64,000 nt of DNA from NCBI GenBank assembly GCA_943354165.1, contig CALRBH010000005.1, positions 18 to 64,017 on the forward strand, written 5' to 3'. Position 1 is the stretch's first letter, and each line of letters opens with the position of its first letter. The notes under the pieces were generated by a model. That model did not search any database. It had not been told where the DNA came from and worked only from the letters and a program-made list of their open reading frames with translations. Positions 31,254 through 41,666 of the stretch are shown here, piece by piece. The stretch is from Candidatus Uhrbacteria bacterium RIFOXYB12_FULL_58_10 (lineage in GTDB: Bacteria; Patescibacteriota; Patescibacteriia; UBA9934; GWF2-40-263). The translations under genes and the position numbers were made by a program.

Positions 31254-32603
31254 ATGAACGGAGGAGCCGAAGCCGTACGCGAAGCTCTTGGGCGCGATCA
31301 TGCGCTTGGGTTTGCGTTTCAGCTCATGAAGGATTGCTCCGATGCGGAGATATTCCTCGTTGGAGGGTTCGTGCGCGATGCCCTGCTTGGCCATCCGTCC
31401 AAGGATGCGGACTTTGTCGTACGCGGTATCAGCCAGGAAAAGCTCGAGGCTTGGCTCAGTGAGTATGGCGAGGTCGTGTTCGTCGGCCGCGCGTTTGGGG
31501 TCTACAAGTTCAAGCCATCGATCCATCCAGAACACGACGAAATCGACATTGCCCTGCCACGTACAGAGGTGCCGACTCAGGACAGCCTTGGCGGGTACCG
31601 GGATTTTTCGATGAAGTCCGATGCGATGCTTTCCATCGAGGACGATTTGGCTCGCCGGGACTTTACGATCAATGCCATCGCATACAACTTGAAGGACAAC
31701 ACGCTCGTTGATCCGTTTGGCGGACTCAAGGATCTCGAGGCGAAGATCTTACGCACCGTAGGCGAACCGAAGGATCGATTCGCCGAGGATCTTTCCCGTG
31801 TCCTTCGAGGGATCCGGTTCAGCGCCACCTTGGATTTCACGATCGAGGATGCAACCTGGTGGGCGATCAAGGACGCGGCCTCGCATATCAATCGCACGCG
31901 GGAGGTCGATGACAAAACCGTGTTCGTGGTTCCGCGCGAAACCGTGGGAACCGAGCTCGTGAAGGCGATCCATGCGAACCCGCACGCGTCTCTCAAGCAT
32001 CTGCACGACGCCGGGCTCATGCGTGAACTGTTTCCAGAGCTTGAGCACCTGGTGGTTCACTCCTCCTACCTCGACGTCCTCTCAAAGATGCACGCTGATG
32101 CCCCACCGGACGCCGTGTTCGCCGTTTTGCTGCGCGGCATTCCTACGGAACGCGTCGGCGCCCTGCTTCACCAGAGCGGACTCGACGCCCTGCCCCGCAC
32201 ACACCCGCTGCGCCTGCATGCGAACGACATCACTTGGATCGTCGCCACGCTCCAGGACGGACGCCCGGATCCAACGGCGCTCGTCGCCTGCGACTTCGAA
32301 CGCTTCTTCATGAACGAGCGTGCCCCCGCCTACCTCGCCGCCCTCACTGCACAAGGCCACGAGGACGAAGCGCGCCGCGCACGATTGCGAGCTGCAGAAA
32401 TCCGCGCGCGCTGGTGGGCCACGGACGATGAAAAGATCCCGCCGCTGGTCTCAGGAAACGACGCGACGAATCTAGGCCTGGCCCCTGGCCCCGCCGTTCG
32501 TCTGCTCCTCGATGCGATGCGCTCTGCGCAGCTCGAAGGCCAGGTGAAAAATCGCACGGCGGCGCTACACATGATGGAACAATTGATAAAGGAGATGGAA
32601 TAA
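31254..32603 (+). CDS. CCA tRNA nucleotidyltransferase / poly(A) polymerase family
   Basis: LVGGFVRD..DADF, DLARRDFTINA, RFAEDLSRVLRGIRF. Confidence 0.9.
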   Translation: MNGGAEAVREALGRDHALGFAFQLMKDCSDAEIFLVGGFVRDALLGHPSKDADFVVRGISQEKLEAWLSEYGEVVFVGRAFGVYKFKPSIHPEHDEIDIALPRTEVPTQDSLGGYRDFSMKSDAMLSIEDDLARRDFTINAIAYNLKDNTLVDPFGGLKDLEAKILRTVGEPKDRFAEDLSRVLRGIRFSATLDFTIEDATWWAIKDAASHINRTREVDDKTVFVVPRETVGTELVKAIHANPHASLKHLHDAGLMRELFPELEHLVVHSSYLDVLSKMHADAPPDAVFAVLLRGIPTERVGALLHQSGLDALPRTHPLRLHANDITWIVATLQDGRPDPTALVACDFERFFMNERAPAYLAALTAQGHEDEARRARLRAAEIRARWWATDDEKIPPLVSGNDATNLGLAPGPAVRLLLDAMRSAQLEGQVKNRTAALHMMEQLIKEME

Positions 32604-32604
32604 C

Positions 32605-32634
32605 AAAACCCGGTCACTGAGTGACCGGGTTTTG
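32605..32634. terminator. Bidirectional terminator
   Basis: CAAAACCCGGTCAC-TGA-GTGACCGGGTTTTG. Confidence 0.75.
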
Positions 32635-32711
32635 TGGTGGGCGGTACAAGGCTCGAACTTGTGACCTTCACAATGTCAATGTGACGCTCTAACCAACTGA
32701 GCTAACCGCCC
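32635..32711 (-). tRNA. tRNA-Val(GAC)
   Basis: Cloverleaf, loop TTGACAT, CCA; TTGACA-17-TACGAT promoter upstream. Confidence 0.95.
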
Positions 32712-32752
32712 ATGCCGAAGCGCGGGCATCGTATGTAAAATGCGATGCGCTG

Positions 32753-34006
32753 TCAACGCTTCGAACGCGCCGCCAACATGAGGTCTGAGACGTTCGCTCC
32801 GGTGATCCCCGTCTTGATCTGGCTCCCGACTTTCTTGAAAAACGTATACGCGTCGTTGTCCGCCAAATACTTCTCCGGGTCGAGCTTGAGGCGCTTTGCC
32901 TTTGCCGCAACAGTCACGTCGGCAATGGCTCCAGCGACTGGTGTGTTATCGATCCCGTCAGATGCACACGAAATAACAAGGCTGTCGTCTTCGATGTGCG
33001 GAAGAGCTCCCAGTACCAGCTCCTGATTGCGTCCGCCCTTCCCTTTTCCCTTGAGTGTAACCGTGGTTTCTCCGGCCGCGATAACCATTTCCCCAGGCCG
33101 TGGCAGACCTGCGAGCAGGCGACCCACCTCGCGAGCCTCGCCGCTCACGCTCGTGCCGTATACGCGCAGCGCATACCCGCGACGCTTTGCCTCTTTCCCC
33201 ATCGCCTCAACGGCCTTCGCATTGTTCACGAGGAGAATATTCGTGACGTTCCGGAATATATGTGGATCCTTGGGCGTCTCGCGCAATTCACAGGCAGGCA
33301 TGCGACAGAGTTTGAGAAGGTCATGGTGTTTCATGATGCGTTCAGCGTCCGCAACGGTCGTTGTATCCATTACGGTCGGACCCGAAGCAACTACGCCGAT
33401 ATCATCTCCCGGAACATCGGAAAAAATAAGTCCGAGCACGGTGGCAGGTGCGGCCATGGCGGCCAATTGTCCGCCCTGAACCTCAGAGAGGTGTTTGCGT
33501 ACCGTGTTCATCTCGTGGATGTCGGCTCCTGCGTTCATCATGGCCTGTGTGATCATGGAAACCTGATCGCAGGTGATCGAATACGGCCAGCACAGGAGCG
33601 CGGACCCGCCTCCGGAAATAATCGCGATGACAAGATCATCCTCGCGAAGGCTTTTTAGGATCCCAAGGATATCCCCGGTGGCGCGGATGTTCGACATGGA
33701 CGGCAACGGATGCGTCCCAGCAATACTTTTCACCTTCTTGAGCTTGCCACGCTTCACGTCGAGCACGACCCCGTCCGTCAGCGAATCACCAAGAAGACCT
33801 TCGAGCTCCTTCGCGGCATCGAACGCCGCTTTTCCAATCCCAATGAGGTATACGCGACCGAATTTTTTGAGATCAAAAATCTGTCCGTCCACCACAAGAC
33901 GGTTTCCGATGCGTTTCACCTTCGTATTCACCACATCGGTCGTACGGACCGCATCCATCCCCGCCTTCAGCACAGCCAGGGCATCCGCGCGCAATGAGTG
34001 CTTCAT
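32753..34006 (-). CDS. Glycerate 2-kinase (DUF4147/MOFRL)
   Basis: IGIGKAA, HPLP, ISGGGSAL, SDVPGDD..VASGPT, GETTV, GGRNQE, TGANVSD. Confidence 0.92.
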   Translation of the reverse strand: MKHSLRADALAVLKAGMDAVRTTDVVNTKVKRIGNRLVVDGQIFDLKKFGRVYLIGIGKAAFDAAKELEGLLGDSLTDGVVLDVKRGKLKKVKSIAGTHPLPSMSNIRATGDILGILKSLREDDLVIAIISGGGSALLCWPYSITCDQVSMITQAMMNAGADIHEMNTVRKHLSEVQGGQLAAMAAPATVLGLIFSDVPGDDIGVVASGPTVMDTTTVADAERIMKHHDLLKLCRMPACELRETPKDPHIFRNVTNILLVNNAKAVEAMGKEAKRRGYALRVYGTSVSGEAREVGRLLAGLPRPGEMVIAAGETTVTLKGKGKGGRNQELVLGALPHIEDDSLVISCASDGIDNTPVAGAIADVTVAAKAKRLKLDPEKYLADNDAYTFFKKVGSQIKTGITGANVSDLMLAARSKR

Positions 34007-34434
34007 ACGATATGAGTATGTTCATCATCCGTTGGTTCATCGAGCCGAATCCATGGTTCCGAGTCCGTGCGGGAGAGATACATGATCAGGAATCCTCCGA
34101 GCACTACAACCGCTGCCCCGATGAGGAGCGTGCCGAGGATGGCGACGGATCCGCACCCGACGAGTGCGACGATCTGCTCGGCATCATTGGTACTATCCAG
34201 GAGGCAGGCGGTCAGCGAACCTTGCGCGTACCGCACACCGATGAGTGATGATCCGATCCCGGAAGCGAGGGCGAGGAGGCTGAACAGGCAGCTGAACCTG
34301 ACCTTGCGGACGCGGCCAAGGCGCAGCAGGGCGACCAGAGAAAAAAAGACCCCTCCAAGCACCCAATACGCAAAGAAGGAGATAATCGAAAGGATAATGA
34401 AGAGGGCGGTCAGCTCGGGGGGCATGCCAAACAT
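34003..34434 (-). CDS. Hypothetical membrane protein
   Basis: 3 TM segments; stop overlaps the kinase start. Confidence 0.65.
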   Translation of the reverse strand: MFGMPPELTALFIILSIISFFAYWVLGGVFFSLVALLRLGRVRKVRFSCLFSLLALASGIGSSLIGVRYAQGSLTACLLDSTNDAEQIVALVGCGSVAILGTLLIGAAVVVLGGFLIMYLSRTDSEPWIRLDEPTDDEHTHIV

Positions 34435-34529
34435 AGTAAAAGAGAGTATACGGGGATTTCCGCTGCATTGACAATCGGCCTCCCGACAGGTAGAACAACT
34501 CATCGCCCCGGGTTAGAATGACCGACATC

Positions 34530-34605
34530 GGGTCCGTAGCTCAGCCCCGACGCTCCCTGATGGGAGGTCGGGGGTCCGACCGCCTCAGCGCGTCGGACCT
34601 GGTTA
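34530..34605 (+). repeat. Interrupted tRNA-Ile 5' fragment (same architecture as the Val array)
   Basis: GGGTCCGTAGCTCAG + 54-nt double hairpin + CTGGTTA. Confidence 0.9.
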
Positions 34606-34621
34606 CTCGCTCGGCAAACTT

Positions 34622-34698
34622 GGGTCCGTAGCTCAGTTGGTTAGAGCGCCGAGCTTATACCTCGGTGGTCGATGGTTCGAGTCCATCCGGACCCACCA
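34622..34698 (+). tRNA. tRNA-Ile(TAT)
   Basis: Anticodon stem CCGAG/CTCGG, loop CTTATAC, A73-CCA. Confidence 0.9.
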
Positions 34699-34709
34699 AT
34701 CAAATATCT

Positions 34710-34889
34710 ATGCCATTTCTGCTTCTCGGAATAGTCAGCCTGGTCGCTGGACTCATCTTCCATCGGCTCGCAAAGAAAAATCATGACCACGACGGCGAGC
34801 TCGGTTCTACCGGACTCATCCTCGGCGGGATCCTTTTGATCGTCTTTTTTGGACTGTATTACCGGGTCGTGACGCTGTTTGGTAACTAA
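34710..34889 (+). CDS. Small 2-TM hypothetical protein
   Basis: MPFLLLGIVSLVAG...; 59 aa. Confidence 0.55.
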   Translation: MPFLLLGIVSLVAGLIFHRLAKKNHDHDGELGSTGLILGGILLIVFFGLYYRVVTLFGN

Positions 34890-34898
34890 AGAACAAGA

Positions 34899-34996
34899 GT
34901 TAGTAGATAGTAGTAAGTAGTTAGTAGATAGTAGTAAGTAGTTAGTAGATTTTCCGTCGCACATCCCTACTAACTACTATCTACTAACTACTAACT
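34899..34996. repeat. Family A heptamer hairpin with an internal 21-bp duplication
   Basis: (gttagtagatagtagtaagta)x2 arm + ctactaa arm. Confidence 0.88.
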
Positions 34997-35006
34997 CACG
35001 CACCCT

Positions 35007-35753
35007 ATGCCAGCCCTCGACATTCTTTTTGAAAATGCGGATATTCTTGCCATCAACAAACCGGCGGGACTTATTGTGCATGAGGTGAACGAGGGGGATG
35101 TGGAGCCGACGCTCGTGGATGCCATCGTGAAGCATGTTCCTGCCATCAAGAATGTTGGCGATGATCCCGTGCGCCCAGGCATCGTCCACCGCCTGGACCG
35201 AGACGTATCCGGAGTGATGGTGATTGCGAAGACTCCTGAAGCTTTCGAAAATTTAAAAACAGCATTTAAGGAGCGAACGGTTGTGAAGGAATACATCGCT
35301 CTTGTATACGGACAGCTCCCAAAGGAGTTCGACACCATCACTCTGAATATCGGGCGTTCCCAGCGCAGCGGGCGCATGGTTGGCCGGCCGACCTCGCAGG
35401 ATGGAATGGAGGCGATCACGGATTATGAGGTCATCGAACGCTTCCGCACCGCCACGCTCGCCAAGGTGAACATCAAGACGGGACGCATGCACCAGATCCG
35501 CGCGCACATGTTTGCCATCGGCCATCCTGTCGTCGGTGACACATTGCACACCCGCGTCATAAAAAAGATCCGTCCGATTGAGCTTGGACGCGTATTTCTC
35601 CACGCCGCCAAACTCACCATCCCGATGCTGGACGGTTCCTCAAAAACCTTCGAAGCGCCCATGCCGAAAGAACTGACGGACCTTCTCGCGAACATGCCGA
35701 AGCAGCAGATCAAAGTCAGCAGCCATAAAGACATACCTCTCGGCGATTTCTAA
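35007..35753 (+). CDS. RluA-family pseudouridine synthase
   Basis: INKPAGLIVH, GIVHRLDRDVSG, TGRMHQIRAH, LHA. Confidence 0.95.
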   Translation: MPALDILFENADILAINKPAGLIVHEVNEGDVEPTLVDAIVKHVPAIKNVGDDPVRPGIVHRLDRDVSGVMVIAKTPEAFENLKTAFKERTVVKEYIALVYGQLPKEFDTITLNIGRSQRSGRMVGRPTSQDGMEAITDYEVIERFRTATLAKVNIKTGRMHQIRAHMFAIGHPVVGDTLHTRVIKKIRPIELGRVFLHAAKLTIPMLDGSSKTFEAPMPKELTDLLANMPKQQIKVSSHKDIPLGDF

Positions 35754-35763
35754 AATCCTGCAT

Positions 35764-36315
35764 ATGGTCATCTCCATCACGGGCATGCCTGGATCCGGAA
35801 AGTCTACGGTCGGACGCGAGCTCGCAAAATCACTCAACGTTCCCTTCTATTCCATGGGCGACCTGCGCGCCAAAATGGCGATGGAACGCGGGTTGACCAT
35901 CGACCAGCTGAACGAGCTTGGAGAACGTGAATCGTTTACAGACAACGATGCGGACGCGTACCAGACCAAGCTCGGGGAATCCGGCGAAAGCTTCGTGGTG
36001 GACGGCCGGCTGTCCTGGCACTTCATCCCCCGCTCGTTCAAGGTCTTTCTCGACGTAGACGATGTGGAAGGCGCCCGCCGCATCTATGGGGCCTCCCAGA
36101 AGCACGCCCGGCCTGATGAGCGCCCGTATGCGAGCGTGGACGACGCCAAGGAGGCCATCGCCGCCCGCGTGGCCTCGGACCGGCGCCGCTATGAAAAGTA
36201 CTATGGGGTCGATTTTACCGACCGGTCCCGCTATGACCTGGTGGTAGACACCACGTCCTTCCAGGCCAAACAGGTCATTAAGCGCATTCTTGACAATCTG
36301 CCTGCACACAGCTAA
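35764..36315 (+). CDS. cmk: Cytidylate kinase (archaeal-like short type)
   Basis: ISITGMPGSGKST, DGRL, RRYEKYYGVD, YDLVVDT. Confidence 0.85.
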   Translation: MVISITGMPGSGKSTVGRELAKSLNVPFYSMGDLRAKMAMERGLTIDQLNELGERESFTDNDADAYQTKLGESGESFVVDGRLSWHFIPRSFKVFLDVDDVEGARRIYGASQKHARPDERPYASVDDAKEAIAARVASDRRRYEKYYGVDFTDRSRYDLVVDTTSFQAKQVIKRILDNLPAHS

Positions 36316-36318
36316 GGT
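36290..36318 (+). promoter_or_regulatory. Sigma70 promoter for rplS
   Basis: TTGACA-17-TAAGGT. Confidence 0.55.
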
Positions 36319-36416
36319 TCCGGCACTTATAAACCAAGCAGCCTGGCTACGAACGCAGATCCTTCCCCTCCGTTGAGGGTCAGGATGCGGTCCTCTGGAA
36401 GGCGCTCATACGCATT

Positions 36417-36812
36417 ATGTCCGACGCAAAAGTAGTAAACCCGAACGACTCGGTCAAAGTCGCTTCCCCTAAGCAGGGCGAAGTCACCGTGATCCGCGTA
36501 GAAGACCTCAAGCCAGGCATGACGGTCCGCGTCCACGAGAAAATCTCGGACGTGTCCGCCAAGGGCGAAGCCCGTGAACGCGTGCAGATCTATGAGGGCT
36601 TGATCCTCGGACTGCGCGGCGCCGGCCTCTCCCGCACCATGACGGTGCGCAAGAACGCCAACGGCTGGGGCGTCCACAAGATCTACCCAGTTCGCTCCCC
36701 AGTAGTTTCAAAGATCGAACTCGTGAAGCAGGCCAAGGTTCGCCGCGCGAAACTTTCCTACATCATCGACCAGAAAAAGCCGTTCAAGCGCAAGCTCAAG
36801 GAACGCAGCTAA
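36417..36812 (+). CDS. rplS: 50S ribosomal protein L19
   Basis: PGMTVRVH, RVQIYEG, TVRK, KVRRAKLSY. Confidence 0.95.
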   Translation: MSDAKVVNPNDSVKVASPKQGEVTVIRVEDLKPGMTVRVHEKISDVSAKGEARERVQIYEGLILGLRGAGLSRTMTVRKNANGWGVHKIYPVRSPVVSKIELVKQAKVRRAKLSYIIDQKKPFKRKLKERS

Positions 36813-36814
36813 AA

Positions 36815-36846
36815 CAAAAACCCCGGCCTTACGGCTGGGGTTTTTG
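36815..36846. terminator. Bidirectional terminator
   Basis: CAAAAACCCCGGCC..GGCTGGGGTTTTTG. Confidence 0.75.
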
Positions 36847-36855
36847 TTTTAGCTC

Positions 36856-38595
36856 TTAGAGATTCGCAAGGTCACGAGCGGTCTGGACGATGCCGCCGAG
36901 GCGGACATTGAACGACTCCGCTTCCGTGAGCTGGATCACCTTGGTCGGCCAGTCAGCCCCGAAGAGCTGGAGGGCGACGTCAGGGGAAGCAATGCGATTG
37001 ATGGTGTTGTTGGATCCAAGAACGTACACGTTCTTGGTGTCCCCGAAGATGCGAACGAGGGTTCCTGCAGCCACGGTTGCTTTTGGTGCAACTCCACCGA
37101 ATGGAATCGCGTTGAGCTCGGTCACAGAGATCGTCTTCACGCCACTAAAATTCTTAAAGTAGGTGAAGAAGGTGACCTCATCGTTGAAGACGAAGCGCAC
37201 CTCGTTCTTTACGAGATACACCGTCTTGCTCCCAGGAGCTTTTACGGCATAGATCCCGGAAGTTGGGTTCATCGTATCGATCAGGATGGAAGTCTTCATG
37301 GTAGCCGCATAGATGCGGCCATCAACGCCCTTCCAGTACGGACGGTTGTCCGCGCCGATGGCGGCAGAGGTTCCGCGGCCGATGTCGTGGGCAACGCCCG
37401 TGACACGGTCGAGGAAGGCAACCTGCGACTCAGCATTAATGCCGACGGCCTTGTTTCCGCGCACACCGGTGATTCCAATCGCCACCTGCTTTGGAGCAGA
37501 AGCGATGTCGAACACGTTCGTGCGAGAACCGCCGTTAGCGGTTGCCGAGAAGAGTTCCGTGCTGGTGAGCAAGAACCGACCGAATGCGGCGTTGCCAATA
37601 AACTTGGCGGCGCCGGAGGTGGAAAGTGAGAGGCGATCCTCTGCATCAATCCATGCCATACGATTGCCCTTAATCTGGTAGGCGTCCTTGATAGGGCGGA
37701 ACCAAGTAATGGTCTGGCCTGGGTAGTTCGTCGGCTCAGCCTGCAACTTTGGGTTGTAGGTGTGGCGCGTGTAGAACTGGAAGTACTCAATGGACCCATT
37801 CGAAAGGTAGTGGGCGGCCACGAGGTCTTCCGAGCTGATGGTGTAGCTTGTTGGCACGAATACCGCCTTGCCACGACGGGCATCGACGATCTTCGCATCC
37901 ATGAACCAGAGCTGCTTGTCTCCGTTCGGGAAGACCATCTTTACGAGGACTTCGCCGTTGAAGACATCCTGAATCTCTTCACGATTCAGCTGGAAGCGTT
38001 CGGTAGGCGGACGAGCTTTCTGCTCCTCATAGTCGTACACATACACCGCGGCCTGCTTAAAGGCCTTATTGGTGTTGGTGTGGTTCATTTCAACCTGGAA
38101 GAACACGTTCTTCCCTTCCACGAACACATCAATTTTTGTCGCTTCCGCAAAGAAGACGTTCGTAAGGAGATCTGTAACCTCGCCGGTAGCAAGGTTAACT
38201 TCCTTTACGTTCCAGCGGCTGTCGGACAGGCCGGTAGGAATGGCGTACACGAGACGTGTGCCGTTCTTCTCTACGCGCTCTGGGGAAAAGGCTCCCGCTG
38301 GCACGTTCTGAATGCGCTTCATGGACCCGCTGTTCAACAGAACAAGGTCATAGCGCTCGCAGCCAGAAGCGCCACAGGCGCCGGTTGGCTCCGCGATAAA
38401 CACGTTTCCACCCAAAGTGTATGGACCAAGGGCGCCGGTAGCAAACGGAAGGCGTTCGACGGAATAGCCGTCGTAGTGCCAGACCGCTTCGGTGACAACA
38501 CGCTCAAATCCACCAACGTCCGCGTGGACGCCGGTAGCGAGAGGAGCGAGGGCGGCAGACAAAGCGACTGCCGAGATCACAAGTGGTTTAAACAT
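36856..38595 (-). CDS. Secreted hypothetical protein with C-terminal VYL..R...F..YF-type repeats
   Basis: Signal peptide (..GVHA); beta-rich; own promoter TTGACA-17-TATATT (38676-38648). Confidence 0.8.
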   Translation of the reverse strand: MFKPLVISAVALSAALAPLATGVHADVGGFERVVTEAVWHYDGYSVERLPFATGALGPYTLGGNVFIAEPTGACGASGCERYDLVLLNSGSMKRIQNVPAGAFSPERVEKNGTRLVYAIPTGLSDSRWNVKEVNLATGEVTDLLTNVFFAEATKIDVFVEGKNVFFQVEMNHTNTNKAFKQAAVYVYDYEEQKARPPTERFQLNREEIQDVFNGEVLVKMVFPNGDKQLWFMDAKIVDARRGKAVFVPTSYTISSEDLVAAHYLSNGSIEYFQFYTRHTYNPKLQAEPTNYPGQTITWFRPIKDAYQIKGNRMAWIDAEDRLSLSTSGAAKFIGNAAFGRFLLTSTELFSATANGGSRTNVFDIASAPKQVAIGITGVRGNKAVGINAESQVAFLDRVTGVAHDIGRGTSAAIGADNRPYWKGVDGRIYAATMKTSILIDTMNPTSGIYAVKAPGSKTVYLVKNEVRFVFNDEVTFFTYFKNFSGVKTISVTELNAIPFGGVAPKATVAAGTLVRIFGDTKNVYVLGSNNTINRIASPDVALQLFGADWPTKVIQLTEAESFNVRLGGIVQTARDLANL

Positions 38596-38710
38596 AGGGT
38601 CAATATTGATTACTGCTTGTACAAGCCCTCCTTATGAAGGACCGCGCAATATAGCCTAAAAATCGACTTCTGTCAATGATCTTACCCCTTTATTTCCCTT
38701 TGTAAAGGAC

Positions 38711-38741
38711 AAAAATACGGGCCGTGTTGGCCCGTATTTTT
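38711..38741 (-). terminator. Terminator after uvrA
   Basis: AAAAATACGGGCC..GGCCCGTATTTTT. Confidence 0.7.
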
Positions 38742-41603
38742 CTAGAAAATCGCTTTGAGAAACTTCCCTGTCACGCTTTCTTTTACTTTCGCCACTTCCT
38801 TTGGCGTCCCTTCCGCAACCACGCGTCCGCCGGCATCTCCGCCATCCGGACCCATATCGATGACCCAGTCGGCCCCCTTAATGACGTCCAGGTTGTGTTC
38901 GATGATGGTAACGGTGTTCCCCTTCTCCACAAGCTGGTGGAGCACTCCCATGAGGCGCTTGATGTCCTCGAAGTGCAGACCCGTCGTCGGCTCATCGAGA
39001 ATATACATCGTGCGTCCCGTGGCGCGGCGCGAGAGTTCCGTCGAAAGCTTCACACGCTGGGCTTCTCCGCCGGAGAGCGTGGTGGCGCTCTGGCCAAGGC
39101 GCAGATACCCGAGCCCGACCTCATGCAGAACATCGAGCTTGTCGAAGATGGCGGGCTGGTCCGCGAAGAAACGGCGGGCTTCCTCCACCGTCATCGAAAG
39201 GACGTCCGCAATCGACTTGCTCTTGTAGTGGACCTCGAGAACTTCCGCGTTATAACGCGTGCCATGACACTCGGAGCACTCCACGTACACGTCCGGGAGG
39301 AACTGCATTTCGATGCAGCGCATCCCGTCTCCGCCACAAGCCTCGCAACGTCCTCCGCCCTTCACGTTGAAGCTGAAATGTCCGGCGTCGAACTTGCGGA
39401 TCTTCGCTTCCGGCACCTCGGTGAAGAGGTCGCGGATGGCGGTGAAGACGCCAGTGTAGGTGGCAGGATTCGAACGCGGAGTCCGTCCGATCGGCGACTG
39501 GTCCACGGCCACAACCTTATCGATGTGTTCAATGCCCTTAATTTCCTTGTGGGCACCTGGGTAAACTTTTGCTCGATAAAAGTGCCTGGAAAGCGTGTTT
39601 CCGAGAATATCCAGAATCAGCGTGGATTTTCCGGAGCCGGAAACGCCGGTTACACACACTAATTTTCCAAGCGGAATATCTACGGATACATTTTTTAAAT
39701 TGAAGGCCGTAGCTCCCTCGATACGAACCGACTTTCCGTTTCCCTTCCGATAGTTCCGTGGAAGCTCGATCTTCTTCGCACCAGAAAGGTAGGCGCCGGT
39801 CAGCGACTCCTTATTCTTCGCGAGCTGGGCAGGAGTTCCTTCGGCAACAATCTCCCCGCCGTACTCCCCCGCTCCTGGACCCACGTCGAAGACGTAATCC
39901 GCCGCCTGAATCATCGCTTCATCGTGTTCGACGACGATTACAGTGTTTCCTAGGTCGCGCAGGCGCTTGATGGTTTCGATGAGCTGGTCGTTGTCGCGCG
40001 AGTGCAGCCCGATGGACGGCTCATCAAGAATATAAATGACGCCGGAGAGCGAGCTTCCAAGCTGGGTCGCAAGGCGCACGCGCTGCGCTTCCCCGCCGGA
40101 GAGCGACATCGCGGAACGGTCGAGCGTGAGATAGCCGAGACCGACATCCGTAAGGTGCGTGAGACGAGCGACGACTTCCTTCGCGACGCGTTCTGCGACC
40201 ATCCGTTCTTCCTTCGAAAGATCATCCCAGGTCACATCGGACTTCCCTTTCTTTTGTGCGAACGATGCGAACCATTCGAACGCCTTGCCGATCGGAAGGT
40301 TCACGACATCAGCAATGTTACGCGTACCAATGAGGATCGCGAGCGCTTCCTTGCGCAGGCGCTTCCCCATGCAGGCCGGGCACATCATGGTGCGCATGTA
40401 AGTCTCGAGCTCGGTGCGGACGTACTCGGAATCGGTTTCCTTGTACTTGGCTTCGAGCTGGGCGAGCACGCCTGGGAAGGTGACCTGTGCGCCGTCGAGT
40501 TCGTACGTCTCATCACCCGTTCCTTCGAGGGCAATCTTGAACTTATCCTTTGGAAGCTTTTCGACGGGGACGCTCATGGAGAACTTGTGGCGCTTGGCGA
40601 CGAGTTCGAGGAGGCGCTGGTAGCTGGTCTGGTTCCCGGCGATGCGCGTCCAAGGGCGCACGGCGCCTTCTGCGAAGGAGAGGCGGGGATTTGGGATCAC
40701 GAGGTCAGCTTCGAGGACGAGCTTCACGCCAAGGCCGGTACAGTCTGGGCAGGCGCCATGAGGGGAATTGAAGGAAAAGAGGCGTGGCTCCGGTTTTGGG
40801 AGGTTCACGCCACAGCGCGGGCAGGAAAAACTCTGCGAGAAAAGCGTTTCGTCTCCCGTATCATCATTCACCGCGACCATGAGCCCGTTTCCGTACTCAA
40901 GCGCCTTCTTTACGAAGTTCTCGAGCGTGGCGTTGTCGTACGTGTTCCCTGCGAGGAGCTCGACGACGAGCATGTCCACGGAATGCGACTTCTTTTTGTC
41001 CTTGCGCATGGCGATGGCTTCATCGGTATCCATAAGAAGACCGTCGAAACGCACGCGGGTGAATCCGGCATCAAGCGCGGCCACGAGGGCGGCCTTGTGT
41101 TCGCCTTTCTGCTCGCGAATGACCGGAGCGAAGAGTTGGATCGTGCCCTTCCCCATAAGGATGCGCATGCGCTCGAGGATCTGCGGCAATTTCTGCTCGG
41201 ACACCGCATCGCCGCAGGTCGGACAGTGCACGCGGCCAGCGCGGGCGAAAAGCAAACGGAGGAAATCGTAGATTTCCGTGACGGTCCCAACGGTGGAGCG
41301 CGGGTTATGCGAAGAAGACTTCTGATCGATGGCGATGGTCGGCGAGAGTCCCGTAATCTCATCCACGTCCGGCTTGTCCTGCAGTTCCAAGAACTGGCGG
41401 GCGTAGCTCGAAAGCGATTCCATGTAGCGGCGCTGCCCCTCGGCATACACCGTGTCGAACGCGAGCGAAGATTTTCCGGAGCCGGACAGGCCAGTGAACA
41501 CCACCAACTTCCCCTTCGGAATATCTACATTCACGTTCTTCAGATTGTTAACTCTGGCGCCGCGGACAGAGATGAAATCGGTGTGGGAAGAGCGTTGAGA
41601 CAT
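38742..41603 (-). CDS. uvrA: Excinuclease ABC subunit A
   Basis: [14 protein letters not shown], two LSGGEAQR, zinc fingers. Confidence 0.98.
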   Translation of the reverse strand: MSQRSSHTDFISVRGARVNNLKNVNVDIPKGKLVVFTGLSGSGKSSLAFDTVYAEGQRRYMESLSSYARQFLELQDKPDVDEITGLSPTIAIDQKSSSHNPRSTVGTVTEIYDFLRLLFARAGRVHCPTCGDAVSEQKLPQILERMRILMGKGTIQLFAPVIREQKGEHKAALVAALDAGFTRVRFDGLLMDTDEAIAMRKDKKKSHSVDMLVVELLAGNTYDNATLENFVKKALEYGNGLMVAVNDDTGDETLFSQSFSCPRCGVNLPKPEPRLFSFNSPHGACPDCTGLGVKLVLEADLVIPNPRLSFAEGAVRPWTRIAGNQTSYQRLLELVAKRHKFSMSVPVEKLPKDKFKIALEGTGDETYELDGAQVTFPGVLAQLEAKYKETDSEYVRTELETYMRTMMCPACMGKRLRKEALAILIGTRNIADVVNLPIGKAFEWFASFAQKKGKSDVTWDDLSKEERMVAERVAKEVVARLTHLTDVGLGYLTLDRSAMSLSGGEAQRVRLATQLGSSLSGVIYILDEPSIGLHSRDNDQLIETIKRLRDLGNTVIVVEHDEAMIQAADYVFDVGPGAGEYGGEIVAEGTPAQLAKNKESLTGAYLSGAKKIELPRNYRKGNGKSVRIEGATAFNLKNVSVDIPLGKLVCVTGVSGSGKSTLILDILGNTLSRHFYRAKVYPGAHKEIKGIEHIDKVVAVDQSPIGRTPRSNPATYTGVFTAIRDLFTEVPEAKIRKFDAGHFSFNVKGGGRCEACGGDGMRCIEMQFLPDVYVECSECHGTRYNAEVLEVHYKSKSIADVLSMTVEEARRFFADQPAIFDKLDVLHEVGLGYLRLGQSATTLSGGEAQRVKLSTELSRRATGRTMYILDEPTTGLHFEDIKRLMGVLHQLVEKGNTVTIIEHNLDVIKGADWVIDMGPDGGDAGGRVVAEGTPKEVAKVKESVTGKFLKAIF

Positions 41604-41666
41604 AGTGCGTGCGATGCTATCAAACAAAACCCCGCCGGGCAAGGGGCGGGGATAGATATCACTAAT

